From a virus (taxonomy: Duplodnaviria > Caudoviricetes), in IMG/VR virus record IMGVR_UViG_3300029288_000116, positions 1 to 64,000 of that record: DNA of 64,000 bases, one strand, 5' to 3'. The notes beneath the pieces are model-generated. The model was not told the origin of the DNA, ran no database searches, and saw only the letters and a list, made by a program, of their open reading frames with translations. Every line of letters starts with the position of its first letter. The stretch's first letter is position 1. The position numbers and the translations under genes are program-made. Of the stretch, positions 27,491-37,966 are shown one piece after another.

Positions 27491-29248
27491 TTAATAAGTT
27501 TCCTCTAATATGACACAATCTGAAACGCTTAAATATGGAAATTGATTTTGATCTAATTGAATAACTTTAAGTAGATTTTCTTCCCAATGTGCAGTATCGT
27601 AATAAATATATTTAGGATAGTAACTTGAATCATAATTATACGGATTAATCCAAATCTGTCCTATTTTATCATAAAATGATATTTCTCTAATATTTAGATT
27701 TAAAATCCCTGCTACTTTAGAAAAAGAATTTGTTATCGTCTTTTGATTAAGATCTAGAAGAAAATAAACAATTTCGTTAAAAGAAATTTTCTCATTAAAA
27801 GACCGATTTGTGGGTAAAAAATAATACTCTAATTTATCTTTCAGATCTTTTTGCACTTCAATAAATCTATAGTTACTTCTTATTTTAATAGATAAAGTAA
27901 ATTTGAAGTACGTAAAATCTGGAATAACAAATTCTTCATAGGCGCAAAGCATTTTTCTAGGTTCTAAATATTCAGAAATTAGTGTCATATAGTCAGAGTC
28001 GTATGAAGTCGCAATGTTTATTCCGTCATCATTTGTGTAATATATAAGTTTATCAGTCCATGGTTCTTCTGGAACTATACTAAGATATACTTTATTATAA
28101 TTTCTTACATCTCCGTTTGTTATAGGATTTTGTTCTTGTTCTCCCCAAACATTAGCATCTAATATTGTTGAATGTTGAATTAAATATCCTGTATAATCAG
28201 ATTTAGTTACACATCTATATTGAGCATGTGTTATATTCTTTGTATTTTCTTTTATTTGGTCTATTGTTTCAGGACTTGATCCGCCGATAGCACCAGATTC
28301 ATTATTAATACTAAAATCAGCTGTATCTAGGTTATAAACTACTCCAGCTGAAGTCGTCACAGTAATTAGATCATTATTAGCTTGAGTTATCCACCCTGAC
28401 CCTACATTACCGTCTTCTCCTAAAGTTTCAAGTAAGGTAACTTCTATAAGATCTGTAGAAATAGGAATATTTCTTGCCTCAGAAAATTCTATAATGTAAT
28501 TTTCATATTTATCATATCTTAAAGTGTAAACATTATCGTCGTCAGCATAAAGTCCGCTAAGATCTTCATAAAAATCGTCTATTCTTGTCCATTCTGTTCC
28601 ATTTACTTCTAATTTTATTGATGGAATACCGTCAAGAGTATCATCGTCGCAGCCAAAGGTTAATGGACTTAGATAAATTTTATTATCTACAAGGTCTCTA
28701 CCATAATATTGGTAGGATTTTACTCTACCTTGAGAAACATTAATTCCACTATACTCATAATACTCAGTAGTTTCATTTAGTGTAAAGTCATCAGGATAAA
28801 CTAATATTGTTGATTCTGATGTAGAGAAGTATATGGCTTCAGTACCAGAAATATATGCATCCTCTTCAGTTGGAGGAGAAGTCCAAACGTCTGTCCACGG
28901 ATATATTCTTATTGTAGAATTAGGAATCACATTATCAAGAATTGTAAGTTTTAATGTAGTTCTTGCCGAAACATATCCTTTTGGATAATACCCAACTAAT
29001 TGAGCAAGTCGAGAAACGTTTTCGTAAATATCAGCAGAATCTATATAACAGTTTTTAGCTATTTTATTAAGATAGAATGTGTTTAATTCCGCAAGATAAG
29101 AAATAAGTTCAACTAAAACGGTAATGTTCCCGCCGGAGTAGTTTATATTATTAAATGTAGAACTTAATTCTAATTGTTCTTGGATTTTTGCCTTAATTGT
29201 GCTAAAATCCATGTCTACAAAATTTGGCATTAGTACGGATGATGTCAT
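27491..29248 (-). CDS. gp6: baseplate wedge subunit (T4 gp6-like)
   Basis: DF..IK, LA..VGY.P....SA, GG...ETID.IK, AQ.R.VT..DY, VWGE. Confidence 0.9.
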   Translation of the reverse strand: MTSSVLMPNFVDMDFSTIKAKIQEQLELSSTFNNINYSGGNITVLVELISYLAELNTFYLNKIAKNCYIDSADIYENVSRLAQLVGYYPKGYVSARTTLKLTILDNVIPNSTIRIYPWTDVWTSPPTEEDAYISGTEAIYFSTSESTILVYPDDFTLNETTEYYEYSGINVSQGRVKSYQYYGRDLVDNKIYLSPLTFGCDDDTLDGIPSIKLEVNGTEWTRIDDFYEDLSGLYADDDNVYTLRYDKYENYIIEFSEARNIPISTDLIEVTLLETLGEDGNVGSGWITQANNDLITVTTSAGVVYNLDTADFSINNESGAIGGSSPETIDQIKENTKNITHAQYRCVTKSDYTGYLIQHSTILDANVWGEQEQNPITNGDVRNYNKVYLSIVPEEPWTDKLIYYTNDDGINIATSYDSDYMTLISEYLEPRKMLCAYEEFVIPDFTYFKFTLSIKIRSNYRFIEVQKDLKDKLEYYFLPTNRSFNEKISFNEIVYFLLDLNQKTITNSFSKVAGILNLNIREISFYDKIGQIWINPYNYDSSYYPKYIYYDTAHWEENLLKVIQLDQNQFPYLSVSDCVILEETY

Positions 29249-29252
29249 ATGT

Positions 29253-29639
29253 TTACAACCTTTTCAAAATAAAATTCAAAGTTAGGGTTTCTCCAATGGA
29301 TCCTATAGATTTGAGACTATATAAAACCGTAATATTATAAGTAGCTTGTTCCATGGCCATATGTACATTGACGTTCAATATGTCGATTCTGTCTTCCCAG
29401 GTATTTAAGGCATCCAAAATAGCTTCACCAAGGCGCCTAGCAGTATCTTCAGACATTAATTCATGTAAAAGATATACTACTCCATAAGCAAAGTCTGGAA
29501 GCATCCTGCGAGAGCCCTGCATTGTCTTGGCAATATTCATCATAGAAGCTTTGACCGCTTCTATATCACCGAGGGTCTTTATATCCCCGTCTCTCTGTCT
29601 ACTGAGCTCTAAATCTATGTCTTGGTAAGCGTAAGCCAT
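29253..29639 (-). CDS. gp25: baseplate wedge / sheath initiator (T4 gp25-like)
   Basis: YQDIDL, AVK.S..NI..T..G.R...PDF, WE.RI. Confidence 0.9.
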   Translation of the reverse strand: MAYAYQDIDLELSRQRDGDIKTLGDIEAVKASMMNIAKTMQGSRRMLPDFAYGVVYLLHELMSEDTARRLGEAILDALNTWEDRIDILNVNVHMAMEQATYNITVLYSLKSIGSIGETLTLNFILKRL

Positions 29640-32329
29640 TATAAATTATCCAAATCTTCCCAATCGTCGAATTTCCCTTCCCACTCGGCATTTTCCACGG
29701 TTAAATATTTTACTATTTCTCGCACCTGAGTTTCATATTCTACTAAAAGCCTAAACATTTCTTTAAGACTATCTTTTATTCTTCTTATAACCTCTGTTAT
29801 ATATTCGTCGAGCTTTATATATAGAATATTTATATCAATTTTTATAATTGAAGAAACATAAGCAGTTAATATTTGTAAAGCAGAAGTAGCAGCCATTATC
29901 GCGTCAAAACTTGTGTCAGCTTCTGATAAAGCAGTAGAAGCGTCGGTGGTTTCCATTCTAGTATTAAAGTCTATATCACTTTCACCAGGTAACCTAAACA
30001 CTTCATATTGTGGTTCAGTTATTGTTCCGCCATCATATAAATCTTTCATCATAGAAGCCGGTGCTGCTTCAAGAATAGTTCTCAAACTACTAGATATAGT
30101 GGTCTGAAAAAATCTATATTGTTCTTCTGTTATTATTCCACCATCGTATAAATCTTTCATCATAGAAGTTGGGTATGCCCAAAGAATAACTCTTAAACCG
30201 TGATCCATTTCAGGTAATGATAAAAGGGTTGTTGAAACATTTTCTTGTTGATCTGCAGTAAGATACCCGACCCCGGAACACAGAGGGGTCTCGATAAGGC
30301 CTCCAACTGTTACCCAAGAATCGTAATCTATGACACCGAAACCATCTTCAAATTCGTTCATTGTTGCTCTAGCCCAGACTTTTGCTTTAATTACTGGGGC
30401 TAATTGTTCATACATATAATCTATTAAATCGTTCATTTGAAAATCGCCGTTTCCGTCCACAAAAGAAGAAGATAGAGCCAAAGTAACAAAACTCTGTTTT
30501 TCATTTAATTCAGTTACAAGCCCGCCGGAACCAGCTATTGTTGCCATAGAAGTATAGGCTGAAGCCGGGAGAGTATAAAAATATTGATCATTTATATTAT
30601 CTCCGCCGAGCCCAAAATAAGCCTCTCCGCCTTCTAAAAAGCTTCCTATACCAAAAATCCCTGATCTTGGATAGAGATCTATGTCTCCTAATGCAGTATA
30701 AGCCGAATAATCAAAAGCTAAGTCGTATAAACTCTGAAACTGTTGTAATTGATCCTTTATGGTTGGGGTGAATTCTGTTGTAAAGGTCATTCCGGAAGTA
30801 TAAATCTCATTAGCACTAGAATATATAGACATCAAGCTTCTTAGTAAATTAAGATTAGCCGGAATTCCGCTAACCTGATTAAGAATATTCATACCTACTT
30901 GACCAGGAAAATTCATAATAGTACTTGCGTAATTAGCAATAGTTCCGATTAAAAGCTGGGGGGCTGTAGTAATAGTTTGAAATAGTTGTCTAGCCGCCGC
31001 CATTTCAGTTTTAATATATGTAGCTATTTCATCCACTTGCATAACAATTTCTGTAACCGGTTTTAGAACTTCATTTGCCCAACCTATTGCGTCTTGAACA
31101 TAAGCCGCGATTGTTTCTTGGAATTTCTGCATAGCCTCCATTATAGGCTGCATAGCTTTATTTATTGACTCTTGAATACCGGCTAGAGCCGAGTTTGTTT
31201 TATTTAGAGCTTCGGTAATTGGTTTTTTACCTAATAATGTTGGAGTTCCTCCACTTTGATTCGGTCCCATAGAATTTTTTGCAGCCGGGCCATATGCACT
31301 ACTACTTCTAAACCCAGCAGTAAAAGAAGACAAAAAACCGAGGCAAGAATGAGATACTGATCCTTTACCTGAAAATGATTGTGCCCCCCAGACTCCTACA
31401 TTTTGACTAGCTTTTGCTGAAATGTTTTGTGTAGACCCTGCAGCTAAAGTTTGTCCACCAATTCCATAACTAATTTGTTTTCCTTGAACTATTTTTGTTT
31501 CAGCATCTGTAATAGTTATTCTCTTGGTTCCGCCGATAACCTCATTTTCCTTTCCGGTTATGTATCTATATGATTCACCCCCGATATATTCGTAGGATTT
31601 ACCTATAATGAGATTGTATCTATCAGCGTTATTTCTAATTACCATATCTCCAGTAGGAGATATTTCTATATAAGAATTTGATGGATGATATAAATGAAAC
31701 CTTTCTCCAGAAGGAGTATTATCAAGTTCTATTACAAATCCTGCATGTGTTGCTAATATGGTATCATTAGGATATTTGGTAGAATTTAAATAATAATATG
31801 GATCTTTTTCTGACCATGTTCCACTCTCTCCATCTGGAACATTTTCTAATTTTCTAGCTTTTCTAGTTTCAACAACAGTTCCTGTAGAATTATCTCTAGC
31901 TAACCTATTCCAGTCAGACTCTCCTAACATAGAAGATAATGGATAATTACCAGATGGGTCGTTAAAACCGTCTTTAGGATTAGCTTTTAATTTTGGAATA
32001 CCTGGAGCTGAAGCAAAGTAGCGAGGCTGAGTCAGGGCCCCATTCTCAAAAAAAATGTATAAATGGCTGCCCTGAAGTGGCACAGAAAACATTCCAAACC
32101 CAGAAACTGCTCCCTCAAATATTGAAAGACATGGTTCCGCCCAAGGTAAATTAGCAGTAGGAATACCCTCAGTTTCAGAAATAGTCTTTACTTGGGTATG
32201 AATTCCATAAATTCGTACTTTACATCTGCCTCGTTTCTCGGGATCGTTGTTATCTTCGACAACCCCCCTATACACACCATCAAACCGGCCAGAAGAAGGT
32301 AATAGATTTTTAACCGAGATGCGACTCAT
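29639..32329 (-). CDS. gp5: baseplate central spike (T4 gp5-like) with long C-terminal extension
   Basis: GVVEDNNDP.KRGRCKVRI.G.H OB-fold, LPWA, YP, ELDNTPSGER...H.S.SY.EI beta-helix entry; no lysozyme domain seen. Confidence 0.88.
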   Translation of the reverse strand: MSRISVKNLLPSSGRFDGVYRGVVEDNNDPEKRGRCKVRIYGIHTQVKTISETEGIPTANLPWAEPCLSIFEGAVSGFGMFSVPLQGSHLYIFFENGALTQPRYFASAPGIPKLKANPKDGFNDPSGNYPLSSMLGESDWNRLARDNSTGTVVETRKARKLENVPDGESGTWSEKDPYYYLNSTKYPNDTILATHAGFVIELDNTPSGERFHLYHPSNSYIEISPTGDMVIRNNADRYNLIIGKSYEYIGGESYRYITGKENEVIGGTKRITITDAETKIVQGKQISYGIGGQTLAAGSTQNISAKASQNVGVWGAQSFSGKGSVSHSCLGFLSSFTAGFRSSSAYGPAAKNSMGPNQSGGTPTLLGKKPITEALNKTNSALAGIQESINKAMQPIMEAMQKFQETIAAYVQDAIGWANEVLKPVTEIVMQVDEIATYIKTEMAAARQLFQTITTAPQLLIGTIANYASTIMNFPGQVGMNILNQVSGIPANLNLLRSLMSIYSSANEIYTSGMTFTTEFTPTIKDQLQQFQSLYDLAFDYSAYTALGDIDLYPRSGIFGIGSFLEGGEAYFGLGGDNINDQYFYTLPASAYTSMATIAGSGGLVTELNEKQSFVTLALSSSFVDGNGDFQMNDLIDYMYEQLAPVIKAKVWARATMNEFEDGFGVIDYDSWVTVGGLIETPLCSGVGYLTADQQENVSTTLLSLPEMDHGLRVILWAYPTSMMKDLYDGGIITEEQYRFFQTTISSSLRTILEAAPASMMKDLYDGGTITEPQYEVFRLPGESDIDFNTRMETTDASTALSEADTSFDAIMAATSALQILTAYVSSIIKIDINILYIKLDEYITEVIRRIKDSLKEMFRLLVEYETQVREIVKYLTVENAEWEGKFDDWEDLDNL

Positions 32330-33582
32330 GCAAATACACTCTTAAAAATGTCTGTTATAGAATTCAAAGCAATGGTACCACTACCTTGAATTCTGCCATA
32401 TGCATTACGAATACAAGTGAGTGTCTGAATAAAGTACGGAGTCTGGAGAGGAGTAAAACGATGCAACACAGACTTTACTAAATATGAACCGGAGTCCATA
32501 CTAGAATAAAGCTGAGTTGCTGTCATAGAAGGCCACTGAATATTGATCTTCTGCCCAGCATATCGTTTGTTATGACCGGAAACAACCAGCTTCACGCAAT
32601 TTTGTAATGCATAACGCCTTATAAAGTTGTTGTAAAACAAATTTTTCAATACAGTTTTGTCACTTTCTCCAGTCAAATCGTAGACATATTGACTATATTG
32701 TAAACTATCATTATTATTTGTAAACAAAGAATTACTTCCTAGACTGCTGATTTCTTTAACAGCTGTTGCATAAACAAAACTTTCATCAGGTTCTATTCCG
32801 ATCATTGTTTTGGTTTTTGTGTCAAAGCCTAGTAGAGCTCCGCCTCCAAACTCTTTCATTCCTTGATTATCTACTCCATTTTGCTGCCAAGACAAAACCC
32901 TATTATCATTGTTTATTTGGGTAGTTTCCAATACATAAGTATCAGAATCTATGTCAGAGCTATTAAACAAACTATCTATGGTGACAAAATTTATATACTT
33001 TTTTCCATTAGAGAAAAACAAATATCCATAGTTACATTTGCCCTTAGTACCTTTAGACCTATTAGAAATCCATCTTATTGTTTCCATTGGAGTCCAGTAT
33101 GGCATACAAAAATCTTCTAAATAAGTATCGGATGTCTCTATGTTAATGTCTGTGGAAGTCACTTGCAACATATTCTTTACAATATCGGAAATAACAGTTG
33201 AAGCTTTTACTTTAGAACCCCAGGCCTTAGAGAATTTTAAACTTGTCAAATTTTTATAATAGGAATCAGTGAAATAAAGTTCTATGACAGAAGCCTGTCC
33301 TTGTTTGAACCCAGTAGTAGAAGAAATCTTACCAATTCTTAGTAATGAAAATTCTCTTTGTTGAACTGAAGTTTTACCAAAAGCTATTAGAATCTTTTCT
33401 GCCCCAGTTAACGGACCCATCTCTTTTAGACCATATTTATCAGTTAGAGTTAATTTACCGAAACAACAGACACTATAAATATCTTCGCTAAAGTAACAAT
33501 CAAAAATATCTTTATTATCGATCATAACAGTTTTTAAAGCACCTAATTGAATGATAAGGGTAAATATTCCCTGCTCTGACAT
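32326..33582 (-). CDS. baseplate hub protein (gp27-like)
   Basis: EDIYS...G.L.L.D, P.W.P...I.W, YLFF, SG.YLV..V.H.F; directly upstream of gp5. Confidence 0.7.
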   Translation of the reverse strand: MSEQGIFTLIIQLGALKTVMIDNKDIFDCYFSEDIYSVCCFGKLTLTDKYGLKEMGPLTGAEKILIAFGKTSVQQREFSLLRIGKISSTTGFKQGQASVIELYFTDSYYKNLTSLKFSKAWGSKVKASTVISDIVKNMLQVTSTDINIETSDTYLEDFCMPYWTPMETIRWISNRSKGTKGKCNYGYLFFSNGKKYINFVTIDSLFNSSDIDSDTYVLETTQINNDNRVLSWQQNGVDNQGMKEFGGGALLGFDTKTKTMIGIEPDESFVYATAVKEISSLGSNSLFTNNNDSLQYSQYVYDLTGESDKTVLKNLFYNNFIRRYALQNCVKLVVSGHNKRYAGQKINIQWPSMTATQLYSSMDSGSYLVKSVLHRFTPLQTPYFIQTLTCIRNAYGRIQGSGTIALNSITDIFKSVFA

Positions 33583-33597
33583 TATTTAGATCCTATT

Positions 33598-33981
33598 TTA
33601 TTTGTTAGCAATGGCGTTGATCTCTGCTAACAATTGGTAAAGAAAATTTGGTTTAAGTATTTTTAGAGTATTTCCTGGAAGTAGATCCTCAAATGGATTC
33701 AATATATCATTGAACAAACAAATAACCCACCATAAATACGGGCTGTTATAATACTTCATGCTTATAGTATCTGGAAAATCAGTATCATCAATATCATGAT
33801 TAAGAAAATAAAGTACATTTTTATTAGCTTTTTCGTTAATGATATAGTTTCGAAAGAGGTTCAAAAAATACTCTTTGGATTCAGTATCATAAAGAATATT
33901 GAACAAATTTAATTCACTAGTATTACTAAGATAGTGATTAGTTAATGTATAAAAGTCTTTGTCTGATTTTTCTATAGGCAT
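33598..33981 (-). CDS. gp53: baseplate wedge subunit (T4 gp53-like, LysM-like)
   Basis: PDTIS.KYY..P.LWWVI..FN.I.NP. Confidence 0.85.
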   Translation of the reverse strand: MPIEKSDKDFYTLTNHYLSNTSELNLFNILYDTESKEYFLNLFRNYIINEKANKNVLYFLNHDIDDTDFPDTISMKYYNSPYLWWVICLFNDILNPFEDLLPGNTLKILKPNFLYQLLAEINAIANK

Positions 33982-33991
33982 AGTTTATCTC

Positions 33992-34804
33992 TTACATTGC
34001 CCTAGGAGCAGCGTCTGATGTCACAGTAACAGAACTTCCAGTTTCAAAAGTACTATCAAACAATGGAGTTATATCTTGAAATGTTAGTTGTAATTTACAT
34101 GAAGTAGGTTTACCTTTAACAAACGGGTAGGAAAGTTCCGGCTGAACAGTCTTTAGCGCTGCATATTGTAATTTAATAATCCCCTTAGGGATGGATTCTA
34201 TTTTAAAGATGTGTGGTGGAGTTATAGATAAAACATTATTCACTATTTTTTTAGGGCTAGAAAATTTCATTAAATCTATTATTGCATTTTCTATTTTTTC
34301 ATAATCAGAGGCTTGATATACCGCTAGCTCAAAATTAAAATTATATTCCAAATTTTGAGTTCCTTTATAAACTAAAGGGGCATCAACTCTGTAATTTATA
34401 ACATCCCCTGACAACATACTACTAAGTTTGCCGGATAAGGTATCCATCCCCGTTTTTTTACTATCCCAGTTACCACTAAGTAGATTTTTTACATCTGCCC
34501 ATGGAGAAAAATTTCCAGCAGCATTTTTAAGATCTTGCCATGGAATCATCCAGTTAGATATTACATTTGCCATTCTGGAAGTAATATTCTCATAGTTTTC
34601 CCAACTATGATCTAAATTTAATTGGATATCGTTGGGTGCTAAAAATTTAAATACCCCTTCTGTTGCGCCCACTCTTACTTGGGCGTCGGAGCTTCTTATA
34701 TTTGAAGTTTGTCCTTCGTACTTACATGCTGATATTTTTATCCAAAGGCAATCTTGTGGATTACTTGCCCAAGGACCAAAATCTGGAAATTGATATTCTG
34801 CCAT
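33992..34804 (-). CDS. baseplate tail-tube cap (gp48/gp54-like)
   Basis: Y.FP start, FNFEL, PP.IF.I, G.PTS..LQLTFQ.I tube-fold motif. Confidence 0.7.
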   Translation of the reverse strand: MAEYQFPDFGPWASNPQDCLWIKISACKYEGQTSNIRSSDAQVRVGATEGVFKFLAPNDIQLNLDHSWENYENITSRMANVISNWMIPWQDLKNAAGNFSPWADVKNLLSGNWDSKKTGMDTLSGKLSSMLSGDVINYRVDAPLVYKGTQNLEYNFNFELAVYQASDYEKIENAIIDLMKFSSPKKIVNNVLSITPPHIFKIESIPKGIIKLQYAALKTVQPELSYPFVKGKPTSCKLQLTFQDITPLFDSTFETGSSVTVTSDAAPRAM

Positions 34805-34813
34805 TGTTTTTCC

Positions 34814-37800
34814 TTATGGATTAAGAATTGATAATGCTAATCCCATAGTTCCCAGAACATACATATCATCAATCTCAAATGCATTAACTTGTTGCCCCTG
34901 CTGTTTACCGCCGGAACTCATTGTTTGAGAAATGATGTTATTTGTTTGGGTAGCATTTTTACTCATTTCTCCGGGTAAATTTGAAGCGGCTTGAGCGGTG
35001 GCCTGTAAAGCTGCAGTATTAGTTGCTTGTATTTGTGCTGTATTTAATCCTTTTTGTCGTTCCAGATCTGCAATTTGAGAAGTTGTCGTTAATCCAGTTA
35101 ATGGAGATATTTTAGCCATGTTATTCTGTTGTGCCTTACGTATATACTCTTCTGTAGATATACCACTTTTTACTGTATGCCCGGAACCATAGTCTGGGTT
35201 GTAAGACGTTTCTGCCATAAGGGTTTTTCCAGTAGTAGGATCATAATATGCAATAGCTCCATGTCCTAGGCCCACAATAGAGTCCCCAGGCTTAATGTCT
35301 GATGCTCCATACTGCCCAGATTTTAAAAGAGTTCCAGCGTTTTTTCTAAGAAGTTCAGCAGAACCCCCGGTTGTTAGGTCTTTATATTTGGCCATTTGTT
35401 CAGGAGATAGCTGACCCGCCATAGAATCTAGTAAAGTTCTATACCCATAATTTACTAAACCAGTGCAGTCTATTTTCTTCGTTACGTTAGGATCTACTCC
35501 ATGTCCACCGCCATATTCATAACCAAAGTTTTTAGAAGCATATTGTATTCCATTAAACATTGCGGTTAGAGGATCAGTACCTAGTTGAGGTCCTGTAGAT
35601 TTAACACTAGGACCTCCGTATGTTTCCATTAAAAACTTTTTTGTTTCCATTGGGAGTTTACTTCTATCCATAGGGGCATTTGCTCCACCTAAAGCTCTAT
35701 CTAATTTACCCTCTCCCCAATTATAAGCAGCCAGTGCTTTTTCTTTATCTCCTCCATATTTCTTCAATAGCCCAGCATAATAACTAACTCCTTTGTTAAT
35801 ATTTTGTTCCGGGTCATATGCGTTTATATTACCCGCTGTACCGGGCATAAGTTGCATAAGACCCATTGCACCTTTTGGAGAAGTTACACTAGGGTTCCAA
35901 TTTGATTCTGTTTGAATTAGTCTAGCTATATCTGCTGGGGTTATATCAGTTCTACCTGTAGCTTTAATAGCCTGATCTATAAATGGTGCATATGCTGGGT
36001 TTCTTATTATATCTGATGCATTTGCAGGGATAGATGGTGTTCCAATCCCACCTACAATTCCACTACCCCCGCTTATAGCACCTACTGTTTGCGGAGAATT
36101 ACCGCCGCCCAAAGTATTAGTTACTTTTCCTAATACTCCCTTCCATATCTCATTTAACCATCCTACAACATCACTTCCAATACCTAAATACTTGTCTCTA
36201 TTTTTATCATCGAATTTGTTTAGGTCTTTGGTCTGAACCAAATTGGCTTTGACTATGGCCTCATACATTGCATTTTCTGCACTTCCGGCTGAAGGAGATT
36301 CGCCCTTTTTTATATCTTCTTCAATCATATCTCCAACGTTTTTACCGATCCAGCCACCTATAAAGCCACCAATCATTTCTCCAGCAAAAACCCCGGCAGC
36401 AGCCCCAGCAGGGCCGCCTAGTAAAAAACCAAGACCGCCGCCAATGAGAGCCCCCGCGCCTTGCCCAGCAAAAGAACCGCCAACTGCTCCTGCAGTACCA
36501 CCAACACCTTGTCCCTGAGCTGCAGCAAGTCCACCACTTAATAGAGCGCTTCCACCTCTAGTAGTAAATAACTTTTTACCGAGATTTAAACCTCCTTTTG
36601 CAATTGAACCGATTTTACCTTTTAAATAGTCTAAACCTAAATATGAACCAATAAGAGCCGCTATATCACCAAAGTCGATTCCTCCGTCTTCTCCTGGAGG
36701 CTGGGCGCCAACAGAACCAACCTGATTACCAAAAATTCCTTTTTTGAACTTAGCCTTTAATGTTGCTTTTGTTCTAGCATTTCTTTCGTTTTTGGCTTGT
36801 TGGGCTTCTCTATCTTTAGCCTCACGTTTTTTAATCTTTTTTAATTGATTATGTAATCTAGCTTCATCTCTTATGGAGGTATACTTAGCTAAAATAGAGT
36901 CCTTCATAGACTTTACAAAACTAAATATCTTATCTTTAAGAGACTTGTTACCTTTACCAAAAGTCTCAGCTAGGGCCTTTAAACCTCCCTTAAGTTTGCT
37001 AGCGTATTCTGAAATCGTTTTTGCTAATTTTGATTCTCCAAGTTTTTCGAAAAGGGCTTTAATTTTTTGAAATCTTTCAGAGTTGACAATACCTAAGAAC
37101 TTTTCTTTAAAGAGGTCTATTTTATCTAAAACTTTAGATTTAAAATTTTTACTAAGAAACCCAGAAACCATAACAACATCTTTTATATAACCTAAAAACT
37201 TTCCAAATAGTTTAAAATATAGAGGAAATCTAAAGAACTTACTCATGAAAAATTTTATCGGCCTAGTCATAGCAACTGCCTGTTCTCTACTAAATCCTCC
37301 GTATTTGGTTAAAACTGTTCTAGCGGCGAATCTTATTAGAAAAAACTTTATCCACCAACTAAAAATCTTTTTAACCCAACCAAAAAGTCCCTTGGCTGCA
37401 TCCCACACAGCTCCTAACTTATCTCCTAAAATTTCATGAAAATCATTCTTAACCAATTCTATCATTGAAGCAAACTTAGTTTTAATAAACTCTAAAGCTT
37501 TACCGAACACATTATACATAGCCACTCTAGCTGTACCAAAAACGTCGCTTTTTACTTTTCCTATAGTTTTACTAACCATTTTTTTGTATAAAGATCTACC
37601 TACATAAACCCCGATACCAGTAGCAACAGCACCAACAAGAGTAACACCTAGATATTTTAGAAAGGATCTCTCTTGCTTTATTTTTTTGGTATAATAGACT
37701 TTTTGACTACCAGAAATAGCGTTTTGTAGTTTTAGTAGATCTTTAGACGAAATTGTAGCAGGTAAAGATCCGGCTGCGATCTTTACATTTACTGCGTCAG

Positions 37801-37867
37801 CGGCCTTATTTGAAACCCGAACTGGAACAAGAAGGTTTCGATTTTTCACTGCGTCGACAATTGGCAT
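34814..37867 (-). CDS. tape-measure-like protein with SLT lytic transglycosylase and NlpC/P60-like domains
   Basis: Long amphipathic helices, Gly-zipper TM segment, IQTESNWNP..S.KGAMGLMQLMP..A, ALAAYNWG, ET..; Y.YGG..IDCTGLV..GHGAI. Confidence 0.85.
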   Translation of the reverse strand: MPIVDAVKNRNLLVPVRVSNKAADAVNVKIAAGSLPATISSKDLLKLQNAISGSQKVYYTKKIKQERSFLKYLGVTLVGAVATGIGVYVGRSLYKKMVSKTIGKVKSDVFGTARVAMYNVFGKALEFIKTKFASMIELVKNDFHEILGDKLGAVWDAAKGLFGWVKKIFSWWIKFFLIRFAARTVLTKYGGFSREQAVAMTRPIKFFMSKFFRFPLYFKLFGKFLGYIKDVVMVSGFLSKNFKSKVLDKIDLFKEKFLGIVNSERFQKIKALFEKLGESKLAKTISEYASKLKGGLKALAETFGKGNKSLKDKIFSFVKSMKDSILAKYTSIRDEARLHNQLKKIKKREAKDREAQQAKNERNARTKATLKAKFKKGIFGNQVGSVGAQPPGEDGGIDFGDIAALIGSYLGLDYLKGKIGSIAKGGLNLGKKLFTTRGGSALLSGGLAAAQGQGVGGTAGAVGGSFAGQGAGALIGGGLGFLLGGPAGAAAGVFAGEMIGGFIGGWIGKNVGDMIEEDIKKGESPSAGSAENAMYEAIVKANLVQTKDLNKFDDKNRDKYLGIGSDVVGWLNEIWKGVLGKVTNTLGGGNSPQTVGAISGGSGIVGGIGTPSIPANASDIIRNPAYAPFIDQAIKATGRTDITPADIARLIQTESNWNPSVTSPKGAMGLMQLMPGTAGNINAYDPEQNINKGVSYYAGLLKKYGGDKEKALAAYNWGEGKLDRALGGANAPMDRSKLPMETKKFLMETYGGPSVKSTGPQLGTDPLTAMFNGIQYASKNFGYEYGGGHGVDPNVTKKIDCTGLVNYGYRTLLDSMAGQLSPEQMAKYKDLTTGGSAELLRKNAGTLLKSGQYGASDIKPGDSIVGLGHGAIAYYDPTTGKTLMAETSYNPDYGSGHTVKSGISTEEYIRKAQQNNMAKISPLTGLTTTSQIADLERQKGLNTAQIQATNTAALQATAQAASNLPGEMSKNATQTNNIISQTMSSGGKQQGQQVNAFEIDDMYVLGTMGLALSILNP

Positions 37868-37893
37868 TTTAGTTATAACTCCAAAAATAAAAA

Positions 37894-37930
37894 GGTCTTA
37901 AGGATATTTATACAATATCTCCTTAAGACC
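37894..37930 (-). terminator. inverted repeat / terminator enclosing a TATAAATA late promoter
   Basis: GGTCTTAAGG/CCTTAAGACC 10-bp stem followed by T5 on the minus strand; TATAAATA at 37905-37912. Confidence 0.7.
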
Positions 37931-37966
37931 CGAAGATCCGTTCCTTTTAAAGGAAGCGGAGGAAAA

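Noticed and set aside
22754-30170. Diversity-generating retroelement TR/VR pairs from the internal duplications
   Set aside because: The repeats are tandem or intragenic, differences are not adenine-specific, and no reverse transcriptase is in the window
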